Below are positions 17,032-26,714 of a DNA stretch of 64,000 bases, one piece after another. The notes beneath the pieces are model-generated. The model was not told the DNA's origin, did no database searches, and saw only the letters and a program-made list of their open reading frames with translations. The DNA is from Actinomycetes bacterium (lineage in GTDB: Bacteria; Actinomycetota; CALGFH01): positions 1,746 through 65,745 of the forward strand of contig DASYSE010000126.1 in the NCBI GenBank assembly GCA_036003705.1. Reading direction: 5' to 3'. The first letter of the stretch is position 1, and the number at the start of each line of letters is the position of its first letter. The position numbers and the translations under genes were made by a program.

Positions 17032-18243
17032 ATGTCGCTCACCACCGATTCCGTTGTGACCGAGATGGCCAGGCCGGAGGGCAAGAAGGCGCTCCTGTTG
17101 GTGATGGACGGTCTCGGCGGCTACCGGACCGCCGAGCGGGGCTCGGAGCTGACCGAGGCCGCCACCCCCAACCTCGACCGGCTGGCCGGCGAGGGTTCCC
17201 TCGGCCTGCATGACCCGGTCACCCGGGGCATCACCCCCGGGTCCGGCGCCGGCCACCTGGGCCTGTTCGGCTACGACCCGCTGGCCTACGAGATCGGCCG
17301 GGGCGCCCTCTCGGCGGCCGGCATCGGCTTCGAGCTCCAGCCCGGCGACGTGGCCGCCCGGATCAACTTCTGCACCCTCGCCCCAGACGGGAACGTCGCC
17401 GACCGCCGGGCCGGACGGCTCCCCACCGAGGAGGCGGCCGGCATCTGCGCGCTGCTGATGCGCGAGGTCCGCCTGGAAGGGGTCGAGTTCTTCCTCCAGC
17501 CCGAGCGGGAGCACCGCGGCCTGCTGGTGCTGCGCGGGCAGGGCCTGGACCGGGACCTGACCGACACCGACCCGCAGCGCGAGGGCGTGCCGCCGCTGGA
17601 ACCGCAGGCCCGCTCGCCCGAGGCCACCCGGACCGCCGAGCTGGTCAAGCGCCTGCTCGACCAGGCCCGCTCCCTGCTCGCCGACCGCGAGCGCGGCAAC
17701 TTCCTGCTCCTGCGCGGCTTCGACAGCGTCAAGGAGCTGCCGAGCTTCCCGGACCGCTACCAGGTCAGGGCGCTGGCCATCGCCGCCTACCCGATGTACG
17801 TCGGCATCTCGCGGCTGCTCGGCTTCCAGACCCACCAGGTCGACGGGGCCGCCCCCGAGGAGGTCGACGCCCTGGCCGAGCTGCTGCCAGCCCACGATTT
17901 CGTGTTCATGCACATCAAGAAGACCGACTCGGCCGGTGAGGACGGCGACTTCGAGCGCAAGGTCGCCGCCATCGAGGAGGTCGACTCGCTCGTCCCGCGG
18001 ATGCTGGACGCCGGGGTCGACGTCCTGGCCGTCACCGGCGACCACTCCACCCCGGCCCAGATGGCCGCCCACTCCTGGCACCCGGTCCCTGTGCTGCTGT
18101 GGGGCGGCACCGCCGCCGCCGACGGCCTGCCCGGCTTCGACGAGGTCAACTGCCGCCAGGGGTCGCTCGGCCGCTTCGAGGCCAAGCATCTCCTGCCCCA
18201 GCTGCTCGCCGCCGCCGGACGCCTGGCCAAGTACGGCGCCTGA
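17032..18243 (+). CDS. apgM: cofactor-independent phosphoglycerate mutase, archaeal-type (ApgM family)
   Basis: LLLVMDGLGG...TPNLD...VAVTGDHSTP matches the metalloenzyme/ApgM family. Confidence 0.8.
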   Translation: MSLTTDSVVTEMARPEGKKALLLVMDGLGGYRTAERGSELTEAATPNLDRLAGEGSLGLHDPVTRGITPGSGAGHLGLFGYDPLAYEIGRGALSAAGIGFELQPGDVAARINFCTLAPDGNVADRRAGRLPTEEAAGICALLMREVRLEGVEFFLQPEREHRGLLVLRGQGLDRDLTDTDPQREGVPPLEPQARSPEATRTAELVKRLLDQARSLLADRERGNFLLLRGFDSVKELPSFPDRYQVRALAIAAYPMYVGISRLLGFQTHQVDGAAPEEVDALAELLPAHDFVFMHIKKTDSAGEDGDFERKVAAIEEVDSLVPRMLDAGVDVLAVTGDHSTPAQMAAHSWHPVPVLLWGGTAAADGLPGFDEVNCRQGSLGRFEAKHLLPQLLAAAGRLAKYGA

Positions 18244-18354
18244 CCTCATCGGCTCAAGAGGGTGAGACCAGTGGCGGGCCGCGCAGTTGGGGGGGTTCGG
18301 GGGGGAGGACTCCCCCCCCGAATGAACCGGGCCGGCGGGTGATGCAGCCGGGCC

Positions 18355-19125
18355 ATGAAGCGAGAGAGAGGACCTCAACCGGTGAAGGGCGTCATCCTTG
18401 CAGGGGGCACAGGATCTCGGCTGCATCCGCTGACCCGCATCACCAACAAGCACCTGCTGCCGATCTACGACCGGCCGATGGTCACCTATGCCATCGAGAC
18501 GCTGGTCTCGGCCGGCATCACCGAGCTCATGCTGGTCACCGGCGGCACCCACGCCGGCGAGTTCCTGCGCCTGCTCGGCAACGGCCACGAATACGGCATC
18601 GACCGGCTGCTCTACGCCTACCAGGAACGGCCGGGCGGCATCGCCGAGGCCCTCGGACTGACCGAGCGCTTCGTCGACGGCGACAGGGTCGTGGTGATGC
18701 TGGCCGACAACGTGGTCGAGCGCAGCCTGCGGCCGGCCGTGGCCAACTTCCTGGCCCAGGAGTCGGGCGCCCGCATCGTCCTGGCCCGCATCGACGACCC
18801 GGCCCACCTGCGCCACCTGGGCGTGCCGGAGCTGGACACCGACGGCCGGGTCGTCCGCATCCACGAGAAGCCCGACGACCCACCGAGCAGCTACGTGGTC
18901 ACCGGCATCTACTTCTACGACGAGCACGTCTTCGACGTGATCCCGACCCTGCAACCGTCGGGCCGGGGCGAGCTCGAGATCACCGACGTGAACAACTCGT
19001 ACGTCGAGCGCCGGTCGATGCAGTACGACGTCCTCGACGGCTTCTGGGGCGACGCCGGCGAGTCGATCGACGCCTACTACGAGGTCAACGACTTCGTCCG
19101 CGTCCACGGCGCCAACAAGGGCTGA
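18355..19125 (+). CDS. sugar-phosphate nucleotidyltransferase (glucose-1-phosphate thymidylyl/uridylyltransferase-like)
   Basis: KGVILAGGTGSRLHPLTRITNKHLLPIYDRPM is a canonical RmlA-type N-terminus. The start may instead be the GTG at 18382. Confidence 0.8.
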   Translation: MKRERGPQPVKGVILAGGTGSRLHPLTRITNKHLLPIYDRPMVTYAIETLVSAGITELMLVTGGTHAGEFLRLLGNGHEYGIDRLLYAYQERPGGIAEALGLTERFVDGDRVVVMLADNVVERSLRPAVANFLAQESGARIVLARIDDPAHLRHLGVPELDTDGRVVRIHEKPDDPPSSYVVTGIYFYDEHVFDVIPTLQPSGRGELEITDVNNSYVERRSMQYDVLDGFWGDAGESIDAYYEVNDFVRVHGANKG

Positions 19126-19176
19126 AACGTCTGTATTGTGCGTCACCGGGTCCTGGTGCGGTAGAACCTTGCGCCG

Positions 19177-20217
19177 ATGCTTCCGCACCCGAGGAGTGTG
19201 CCGCTCGTGGCAGTCGCCGGACCAACCCTGATCTCCGGGATCGTCGCCAACGACAAATGGTTGACACGGTTCCGGATGATCCTGGTCGCCATGCTCGGCG
19301 GGGCCGTCCTCGGCATCGCCTGCCTGGCCTTCTACACCAGCTTCGAGGCGATCCGCAGCTACGCGGTCCGCTCCCAGGGCATCGCCCCCGAGCACGGCTG
19401 GGCCGTGCCCCTGCTGGTCGACTCCTTCATCGTGGTCGCCACCGGCGCCGACCTGTGGTTCACCACCACCAAGCAGCGCCGTGCCTGGTGGGAGGCGTGG
19501 TGGCCGAAGCTGCTGCTGGCCGGCGCCGCCGGGGTCAGCTTCGTGCTCAACGTCGCCCATGCCGAGCCGTCCTGGGCCGCCCGCGGGGTCGCCGCCATCC
19601 CGCCGGCCGCCCTCGTGCTCGGGGTCGAGCTGCTGATGATGGTGCTGCGGCGGGCCACCACCATCCGCGCCGCGCGCCTCCAGGCCGAGGCCGAGGCGGC
19701 GCAGGAGGCGGCCATGTCGGCTCCCCTGGCCAGGATCCAGATCGAGGCCATGCGCCGGCCCCGCCGCCCAGACACCACGCTGACCGCCGGCCCCGCCGCC
19801 CCGACCGCGAGGCCCGCGGGGACCGAGGCACGGGCCGGAGCGCTGCCCCGGCCGATGGTGCAACGACCGGCGGTGGCCCCCGAACGGGAGCAGGGGCGGC
19901 TGCCGGCGGACACCTTCAAGCAGGCGGTCGCGGCGGCAAAGGGCGACGAGGGACGGCCGCGACGCCGGCAGGCCCCCTACATGGTCGCCGCCGCCATCCT
20001 GGACGAGCAGGCCGACGCCGACTCGCTGGGCCCCGCCGAGCTGGTGGAGGCGATGGCCGCCCGCGGCGTCAACGTCGGCCTGTCCACCGCCCAGGCGCTC
20101 CTGCGCGAGCTGCGGCCACCCCTCTCGCCCCGGCTGTCCACCCGACGGCCCAGCCGCGAGCCACGCTCGACCCGCGTCGACAACGGCGGCGGCCGCCCAG
20201 CCCCCCGCCCCCGCTAG
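19177..20217 (+). CDS. DUF2637 domain membrane protein
   Basis: N-terminal multi-TM region (MILVAMLGGAVLGIACLAFYTSFEAI...WAVPLLVDSFIVV...), an Ala/Glu-rich linker, and an Arg/Pro-rich tail. Confidence 0.55.
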   Translation: MLPHPRSVPLVAVAGPTLISGIVANDKWLTRFRMILVAMLGGAVLGIACLAFYTSFEAIRSYAVRSQGIAPEHGWAVPLLVDSFIVVATGADLWFTTTKQRRAWWEAWWPKLLLAGAAGVSFVLNVAHAEPSWAARGVAAIPPAALVLGVELLMMVLRRATTIRAARLQAEAEAAQEAAMSAPLARIQIEAMRRPRRPDTTLTAGPAAPTARPAGTEARAGALPRPMVQRPAVAPEREQGRLPADTFKQAVAAAKGDEGRPRRRQAPYMVAAAILDEQADADSLGPAELVEAMAARGVNVGLSTAQALLRELRPPLSPRLSTRRPSREPRSTRVDNGGGRPAPRPR

Positions 20218-20354
20218 GCCCGGCCGGCCCGGCGGTTCAGCCGGGACGGAGAACCTCGAGACCGATCAGGGCAAGCTTGGATTGCCGAGACCGGTCGCTA
20301 TCGGTCAAGCTGGGCAGGACGTTGGCGGGGGAGGGTCATGGGGAGGCTGTGCCC

Positions 20355-20873
20355 GTGGTCTATCTCGTGCGTCACGCCCACGCCGGCAGGAAATCGGAGT
20401 GGCAGGGCCCAGACCGGGCCAGGCCGCTGTCGGCGGAAGGACGCATGCAGGCCCTCGGGCTGATCGACCGGCTACGCGACCACCGGGTGCGCCGCGTGCT
20501 CTCCAGCCCGGCCGAGCGCTGCCTGCAGACGGTCGAGCCGCTGGCCGGCCGGCTCGGACTGGCGGTGGAGCCGAGCGACGCCCTCGGGGTCGACGGGTCG
20601 GCGGCCGGCGTGCTGGAGCTGCTGGCCAGCCCGGGCCTGCACCAGACGGTACTGTGCACCCATGGCGAGATCATCGGCGAGGTGTTCGACCGGCTACGGG
20701 ACGTCGGTATCGAGCTGTCGGACCAGCCCCGGTGGCCCAAGGGCTCGATCTGGGTCATCGGCCACGACGGCGGCCAGGCCTGGAAGGGCAGCTACCTGAG
20801 GCCGCTGTCGGTGCCGGCCGCCGGGTCCCCGTGGGCCACGGTGACGCCGGGGAGCAAGGAGGACGCGGGATGA
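20355..20873 (+). CDS. histidine phosphatase family protein (SixA-like phosphohistidine phosphatase)
   Basis: VVYLVRHAHAG...GPDRARPLSAEGRMQA...VLCTHGEII has the RHG motif. GTG start with GGGAGG 9 nt upstream. Confidence 0.75.
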   Translation: MVYLVRHAHAGRKSEWQGPDRARPLSAEGRMQALGLIDRLRDHRVRRVLSSPAERCLQTVEPLAGRLGLAVEPSDALGVDGSAAGVLELLASPGLHQTVLCTHGEIIGEVFDRLRDVGIELSDQPRWPKGSIWVIGHDGGQAWKGSYLRPLSVPAAGSPWATVTPGSKEDAG

Positions 20874-22357
20874 AGGAGCGAGAGGCGAAGCTGGCCGTGC
20901 CGGTCGCCTTCGACCTGCCAGAGCTTGGCGGCCCCGACGACGACTTCCTGGCCGAACCTCAGGCACCGAGGCGGCTGCGGACCACCTACTACGACACCCC
21001 CGATCTCCGGCTGGCCCGCTGGGGTGTCAGCCTGCGACACCGGCCAGGCGAGGGCTGGACGGTGAAGCTGCCCGAGGGCCAGGACGGGGTCCTGCTCGTC
21101 CGCGGTGAGCACGTCTTCCAGGGCGACGCCCGCAAGCCGCCGGCCGAGGCCGTGGCGCTGGTGCGGGCGTTCGTGCGCACCGCCCAGCTGTCGCCGGCGG
21201 TGCGCATGCGCACCCTGCGCCACCCCGTCGAGTTGCGCGACCCCGCCGGCGGACGGCTGGCCGAGCTGGTCGACGACCAGGTGCAGGTGCTGGACGGCCG
21301 CCGGATCGTTGGCCGTTTCCGCGAGATCGAGGTCGAGCTGGCCGAGGAGGCCGACCCCGGCGTGCTCGACCAGGTGCTGGACCGGCTGTTCCAGGCCGGA
21401 GCCCAGGCGGCCGAGCCGACCCCCAAGTACCTGCGCGCGCTCGGCGGCCGCGAGCGCGCGCTCGGCCCCGAGGTCGTCGAGCTGGAGGTGGACGCCGAGG
21501 CCACCGTGGAGGCACTGCTCCGCCACGACCTCGCCGCCAGCACCCTGCGGCTGTTCCGGCACGAGGCCGGGGTCCGGATCGGCGAGGACCCGGAGGCGGT
21601 GCATCAGGCCAGGGTGGCCACCCGCCGGGTGCGGTCCACCCTGCGGACCTTCTCGAGCCTGCTCGAACCGGAGTGGACCGACCCGCTCCGCGACGAGCTC
21701 AAGTGGCTGGCCGACCTGCTCGGCGCCGTCAGGGACGCAGACGTGCTGCTGGCCCGGTTCCAGCAGCACCTGGCGGCCCTGCCGGCCGCCGACGCCAAGG
21801 CCGGTTCCCGGCTGCTGGCCGGCCTGGTCGAGCAGCGCGAGACCGCCCGCCGGCGGCTGCTGCCCGGCATGGCCGAGCCCCGCTACGCCGCCCTGCTCGA
21901 CGGCCTGGTCGCGGCCGCGGCCGCGCCGGTGCTGCTGCCAGGGACCGACCGTCCGGCCGCCGAGGTGATGCCGGCGCTGGTCGCCAAGCCGTGGAAGAGG
22001 CTGCGCAAGGCGGTGAAGCAGGCCGGCGGCGACCCGCCCGACGACCAGCTCCACCAGATCCGCATCCGGGCCAAGCGCGCCCGCTACGCCGCCGAGGCGG
22101 TCGAGCCGGTGATCGGCAACCCGGCCGAGCGGTTCGCCGACGCCGCCGCCGACCTCCAGGGTGTGCTCGGCGACCACCACGACGCGGTCGTCGGCGAGCA
22201 GTGGCTGCGACAGGCCGCCGCCTCGGCCAGGCGCGACGCCGCGCTTCTGGCCGGGCTGCTGATCGCCGCCGAGCGGGCCAGTGCCGCCGCCTCCCGCGAC
22301 GCCTGGCGGTCGGTCTGGAACGCGCTCGACCGCAAGAAGCTGCGTGCATGGCTGTGA
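20870..22357 (+). CDS. CYTH and CHAD domain-containing protein
   Basis: N-terminal EAKL...YYDTPDLRLAR...FREIEVEL is a CYTH triphosphate-tunnel signature. The C-terminal Arg/His-rich helices match CHAD. ATGA overlap with the phosphatase gene. Confidence 0.8.
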   Translation: MKEREAKLAVPVAFDLPELGGPDDDFLAEPQAPRRLRTTYYDTPDLRLARWGVSLRHRPGEGWTVKLPEGQDGVLLVRGEHVFQGDARKPPAEAVALVRAFVRTAQLSPAVRMRTLRHPVELRDPAGGRLAELVDDQVQVLDGRRIVGRFREIEVELAEEADPGVLDQVLDRLFQAGAQAAEPTPKYLRALGGRERALGPEVVELEVDAEATVEALLRHDLAASTLRLFRHEAGVRIGEDPEAVHQARVATRRVRSTLRTFSSLLEPEWTDPLRDELKWLADLLGAVRDADVLLARFQQHLAALPAADAKAGSRLLAGLVEQRETARRRLLPGMAEPRYAALLDGLVAAAAAPVLLPGTDRPAAEVMPALVAKPWKRLRKAVKQAGGDPPDDQLHQIRIRAKRARYAAEAVEPVIGNPAERFADAAADLQGVLGDHHDAVVGEQWLRQAAASARRDAALLAGLLIAAERASAAASRDAWRSVWNALDRKKLRAWL

Positions 22358-22405
22358 GCCGACCGCCCCGGACCAGCCGTCCAGCGTCCGCGGCATGCTG
22401 AAGCG

Positions 22406-22753
22406 GTGGACGGCGACCGGCGCGAGCCCGACTACCGCTTCTCCCTGGCCAACGAGCGGACCCTGCTGGCCTGGGTGCGGACCGCCCTCGCCCTGGACGC
22501 GGCCGGTCTCGGGGTGATCCGGTTCGCGCCGACGCTGGGTGGCCCTGGCGGCCGCGAGGCGGTCGGCGCCATCCTGATCCTGCTCGGCGCCATCACCGCC
22601 TGGAGCGGTTACCAGCGGTTCCTCTCCGCCGACCGGGCCATCCGCGCCGGCACCCCCCTGTCGGCCCACGCCGCCCCCCGGATCCTCGCCGCCGCCATGG
22701 CCGTGCTGTCGCTGGGCATCCTCGCGATGCTGCTGGTCGACCGGCTCGACTGA
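22406..22753 (+). CDS. DUF202 (YidH) family membrane protein
   Basis: PDYRFSLANERTLLAWVRTALAL plus two TM helices. Confidence 0.65.
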   Translation: MDGDRREPDYRFSLANERTLLAWVRTALALDAAGLGVIRFAPTLGGPGGREAVGAILILLGAITAWSGYQRFLSADRAIRAGTPLSAHAAPRILAAAMAVLSLGILAMLLVDRLD

Positions 22754-22756
22754 CGG

Positions 22757-24034
22757 TCAGGCCACCGGCCCCGGGGGGCCCGCGACCGGCAGGGTGACCG
22801 TGAAGGTGCTGCCGCGGCTGAGCTCGCTGTCGACCCGGACCGTGCCGCCGTGGGCCTCGGCGACGTGGCGGACGATGGCGAGGCCGAGGCCGGTCCCTCC
22901 GGTCTGGCGGGCCCTTGCCTTGTCGACCCGGTAGAAGCGCTCGAAGATGCGTGGCAGCTCGGCGGCCGGGATGCCCTCGCCGGTGTCGGCCACCTGGAGC
23001 GCGGCCCGGCTCTCGGTGGCGTCCAGGCGGACGCAGACGGTCCCCTTGGCGGGGGTGTAGCGCAGCGCGTTGTCGATCAGGTTGGACAGCAGCAGCCCGA
23101 GCTGGGCCCGGTCGCCACGCACGGCGACGCTGGGCCGCAGCTCGGTGCTGAGCCTGACGCGCCGCTCCTCGGCCCGGTCGGCGTAGCCGCCGACCACCTC
23201 CTTGACCAGCCCGACCAGGTCGACCGGCTCGACGTCGAGGGTTCCCCGCTCGACCCGCGAGAGGTCGAGCAGGTCCCTGGCCAGGACGTCGAGGCGCTCG
23301 GCCTCCCAGCCGATCCGGACCGCGAAGCGGCGGCCGGCCTCCGGGTCCTCGGGCAGGGCGGTCAGCAGGGTCTCGGCAAGGGCCCGCACGGCCGCCACCG
23401 GCGTCTTCAGCTCGTGGGAGGCGTTGGCCACGAAGTCGCGGCGCAGCACCTCGAGCCGGCGGCGCTGGGTGATGTCGGCCATGGTGACCACGATCCGCCC
23501 GGTCGGGCCCCGGTCGGCCAAGGGGAAGGCGCGAAGGGCCAGGGTGCGGGGCTCCGGGAACACCATGGTCAGGTTGCCGACCACCGGTGCCCCCGCCTCG
23601 GCCGCTCTCTCGGCCAGCTCGCTGACCTGGGGGACGCCGAGCACCCGCTGGACCGGCAGCCCCGGACGCAGGTCGTCGGGAAGCCCGAACCAGGACCGGG
23701 CGGCCGGGTTGGCGACCAGCAGCCGGCCGGCGCCGTCCAGCAGCAGCACGCCGTCGTCGAGGGCATCGAGGATCTGACCGGCCCGATCGCGTTCCTCGGT
23801 CAGCCCGTCGAGCCGCTCGCGCAGGCGGGTGGTGATGGCGCTCAGCTCGTTGGTCAGCCCCTGCACGTCGTCCGGCTCGGTCCAGCGCCAGCTGGGAAGG
23901 GTGCTGTCGGCCAGGCGGTGGACGGTCCGGCGCAGGGCGGCGACCGGCCGTCCCACCGCTCTGGCGGTGAGGAAGGCCAGCACCGCCGCCGCCACCAGAC
24001 CGACCCCGATCGCGATCAGGGTGGGCGTTGGCAC
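22757..24034 (-). CDS. sensor histidine kinase (PhoR/SenX3-like)
   Basis: HELKTPVAAV (H-box), DNALRYT (N-box), DTGEGIP, GGTGLGLAIV (G-boxes). Lies immediately downstream of phoU. Confidence 0.85.
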   Translation of the reverse strand: MPTPTLIAIGVGLVAAAVLAFLTARAVGRPVAALRRTVHRLADSTLPSWRWTEPDDVQGLTNELSAITTRLRERLDGLTEERDRAGQILDALDDGVLLLDGAGRLLVANPAARSWFGLPDDLRPGLPVQRVLGVPQVSELAERAAEAGAPVVGNLTMVFPEPRTLALRAFPLADRGPTGRIVVTMADITQRRRLEVLRRDFVANASHELKTPVAAVRALAETLLTALPEDPEAGRRFAVRIGWEAERLDVLARDLLDLSRVERGTLDVEPVDLVGLVKEVVGGYADRAEERRVRLSTELRPSVAVRGDRAQLGLLLSNLIDNALRYTPAKGTVCVRLDATESRAALQVADTGEGIPAAELPRIFERFYRVDKARARQTGGTGLGLAIVRHVAEAHGGTVRVDSELSRGSTFTVTLPVAGPPGPVA

Positions 24035-24049
24035 GGTCGTCGATCGCTC

Positions 24050-24733
24050 CTAGACGTCCTCGACGCCGGCCCGGATCGCCTTGGAGGGCACGAGCTCCTT
24101 GACCTCGCCGGTGACGATGAACACCACCTGCTCGCCGATGTCCACCGAGTGGTCGCCGAGCCGTTCGAGGTAGCGGGCGACCAGGATCATGCGGCTGGCC
24201 CACTCCAGCGCCCGGTCGTCGGTGGCCCGGTCGATCTGCCGGAAGATCTCGCTGTTCAGGCGGTCCAGCGGCTGGTCGAGGATGGGCAGGCGCTCGGCCA
24301 GCTCCAGGTCGCGCCTGGCGAAGCAGGTCATGGCCGCGGCCACCATCCGCTGGGCGTGGGAGCCCATCTCGGTCAGGGTGGACTGGATCTCGGGGACCGG
24401 CGGGTAGTCCTTGGTGATGCGGACGAACTTGGCCATGTTCACGCACAGGTCGCCCATCCGCTCGATGTGCGAGTTGATGTGGAGCACGCCGGCCACCAGC
24501 CGGAGGTCCTTGGCCACCGGGGCCTGCAGGGCCAGGGTCCGCAGGATCTCCTGCTCGACCTCGACGTAGACTCGGTCGATCTGGTCGTCGCGCACGATGA
24601 CCTCGTCGGCCAGGGTGGTGTCGAACGAGGCCAGCGCCTCGAGGGTCCGCTCGAGCTGGCTCTGGACCAGCTGGCCCATCTGCAGCAGCTTCGCCTCGAG
24701 TCCCTCGAGGCGTTGTTCGAACGTGGTGCGCAC
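24050..24733 (-). CDS. phoU: phosphate signalling complex protein PhoU
   Basis: Two PhoU repeats (...DDQIDRVYVEVEQEILRTLALQAPVAKDLR... / ...LDRLNSEIFRQ...). GTG start at 24733, verified on the sequence. Confidence 0.9.
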   Translation of the reverse strand: MRTTFEQRLEGLEAKLLQMGQLVQSQLERTLEALASFDTTLADEVIVRDDQIDRVYVEVEQEILRTLALQAPVAKDLRLVAGVLHINSHIERMGDLCVNMAKFVRITKDYPPVPEIQSTLTEMGSHAQRMVAAAMTCFARRDLELAERLPILDQPLDRLNSEIFRQIDRATDDRALEWASRMILVARYLERLGDHSVDIGEQVVFIVTGEVKELVPSKAIRAGVEDV

Positions 24734-24896
24734 TCGGAACCCCCCTGGGCACCGTGCCGGGCTCGGGTTATTCGTCAGGTCATCGTACGCGCAGGTCGAA
24801 CACCGCGAGGTCCGGCAGGTGGCCGGAAGGGAAACGGACGGTGAAGGTTTCCCATCGCTCGTTGCCCGGACGCGCTGTGCGTGGAATTTTGGTGCC

Positions 24897-25586
24897 ATGC
24901 CGAAGGTGATGGTCGTCGACGACGAGGAGTCGCTGCTCGAGGCGATCCGCTACGCGCTGTCGCGCGAGGGCATCGAGGTGGTGACCGCGCGGGACGGCGG
25001 CGACGCCATCCGCGACTTCGAGGCCGAGCGGCCCGACCTGGTGGTGCTCGACCTGATGCTCCCGACCCTCAACGGCTGGGACGTGTGCCGCCGCATCCGC
25101 GCCAGCAGCCAGGTGCCGATCCTGATGCTCACCGCCCGCGACGCCGAGGTCGACCGGGTGGTCGGGCTGGAGATGGGGGCCGACGACTACGTCACCAAGC
25201 CGTTCTCCCTGCGTGAGCTGGTGGCCAGGGTCCGCGCCCTGCTCCGGCGGGCCGGCACCGCCCAGGGCGGGCTGCGCCCGGAGGCGCCGGTGCTGGAGGC
25301 GGCCGGCATCCGCCTGGACCAGGAGCGGCACGAGGTCAGCGTCCGCGGGACGCAGGTGAGCCTGCCCCTGAAGGAGTTCGAGCTGCTCGAGATCCTGATG
25401 GAGAACCGCAACCGGGTCCTGACCCGCCAGACGCTGATCGACCGGGTCTGGGGCTACGACTACGTCGGCGACACCAAGACCCTCGACGTGCACGTGAAGC
25501 GGTTGCGGGCCCGGGTCGAGCAGGACCGCCACGAGCCCAAGCTGATCGTGACCGTCCGCGGCGTGGGCTACCGGTTCGACGGCTAG
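24897..25586 (+). CDS. OmpR-family response regulator (PhoP/RegX3-like)
   Basis: MVVDDEESL...LVVLDLMLP...ADDYVTKPF plus a wHTH output domain. Divergent from phoU. Confidence 0.85.
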   Translation: MPKVMVVDDEESLLEAIRYALSREGIEVVTARDGGDAIRDFEAERPDLVVLDLMLPTLNGWDVCRRIRASSQVPILMLTARDAEVDRVVGLEMGADDYVTKPFSLRELVARVRALLRRAGTAQGGLRPEAPVLEAAGIRLDQERHEVSVRGTQVSLPLKEFELLEILMENRNRVLTRQTLIDRVWGYDYVGDTKTLDVHVKRLRARVEQDRHEPKLIVTVRGVGYRFDG

Positions 25587-25721
25587 CGCTGGTTGTTCAC
25601 TTTCGGCTGCATGCAAGCTTCCCATCCCGTTCATCTTCCGTTCATGTTCCGTCGCCTGCTGCGTCAGCGACCGCCCGTACCGTCGCCCCGGATCGACACG
25701 TTCTCTAGGAGGCATGCAGGT

Positions 25722-26687
25722 ATGACGCGACGGATGCGACGCTGCGGTGGGCTGCTCGGCCTGACCCTGGCGCTCGCCCTGGTCGCCGCCGCATGCGGCG
25801 GCGACGACGACAGTGGGACCACCGGCGGCGGTGGGACCCAGCTCTCGGGCACGATCAACATCGACGGCTCGAGCACGGTCGCGCCGCTGAGCGAGGCCGC
25901 TGCCGAGCTGTTCCAGGAGCAGAACTCGGGCGTCAGGGTGACGGTGGGCACCTCCGGTACGGGCGGTGGCTTCGAGAAGTTCTGCGCCGGCGAAACCGAC
26001 ATCTCCGATGCGTCCCGCGCGATCGAGGACGACGAGAAGCAGGCCTGCCAGAGCAAGGGGATCAAGTACGAGGAGGTCCAGGTCGCCAACGACGGGCTCT
26101 CGGTGGTGGTGAACCCACAGAACAACTGGGCCAAGTGCCTGACCGTGGCGCAGCTCAAGAAGATCTGGGACAAGGGCAGCAAGGTCAACAACTGGAACCA
26201 GGTCGACCCGAGCTTCCCCAACGAGCCGCTGAAGCTGTTCGGTGCCGGCACCGACTCGGGGACCTTCGACTACTTCACCAAGGCGATCAACGGTGAGGAG
26301 GGCCGCAGCCGGTCCGACTATTCGGCGACCGAGGACGACAACGTCACCGTGACCGGTGTCAGCGGCACCAAGGGCGGCCTTGGCTACTTCGGCCTGTCCT
26401 ACCTGCAGGAGAACGAGGGCAAGATCCAGGGCGTCCAGGTCGACGGCGGCGGCGGCTGTGTCGCCCCGACGGTCGACACGGTCCAGGATGGCAGCTACAC
26501 GCCGCTGTCGCGGCCGCTGTTCATCTACCCCAGCGACAAGGCGTTGGAGCGCCCCGAGGTCAAGGCCTTCCTCGAGTACTACGTGAACAACTACCAGAAG
26601 ATCGCCGAGGATGCCCTGTTCGTCCCCCTGACCGATGAGCAGGCGGTCGAGGCCAAGGGGAAGATCGCCCAGCTCGCAGCCAGCTAG
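25722..26687 (+). CDS. pstS: phosphate ABC transporter substrate-binding lipoprotein PstS
   Basis: Lipobox LVAAACGG followed by GSSTVAPL...TGGGF..., the PstS fold. AGGAGG upstream of ATG 25722. Confidence 0.9.
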   Translation: MTRRMRRCGGLLGLTLALALVAAACGGDDDSGTTGGGGTQLSGTINIDGSSTVAPLSEAAAELFQEQNSGVRVTVGTSGTGGGFEKFCAGETDISDASRAIEDDEKQACQSKGIKYEEVQVANDGLSVVVNPQNNWAKCLTVAQLKKIWDKGSKVNNWNQVDPSFPNEPLKLFGAGTDSGTFDYFTKAINGEEGRSRSDYSATEDDNVTVTGVSGTKGGLGYFGLSYLQENEGKIQGVQVDGGGGCVAPTVDTVQDGSYTPLSRPLFIYPSDKALERPEVKAFLEYYVNNYQKIAEDALFVPLTDEQAVEAKGKIAQLAAS

Positions 26688-26714
26688 GTCGACCCGGGCG
26701 AAGAGGACTCGACG

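Noticed and set aside
16813-19863. 1016-aa minus-strand ORF, 924-aa plus ORF 18099..20873, and the 1292-aa minus ORF 54805..58683
   Set aside because: They are antisense or off-frame to well-supported genes (apgM, the nucleotidyltransferase, hemA/C/D), and their Gly/Arg/Pro-rich translations carry no motifs. High-GC alternative-frame artefacts.
22593-24844. Long ORFs 22593..24752 (-) and 22850..24844 (+) across the phoR/phoU region
   Set aside because: Off-frame or antisense to the clearly motif-bearing histidine kinase and PhoU genes.
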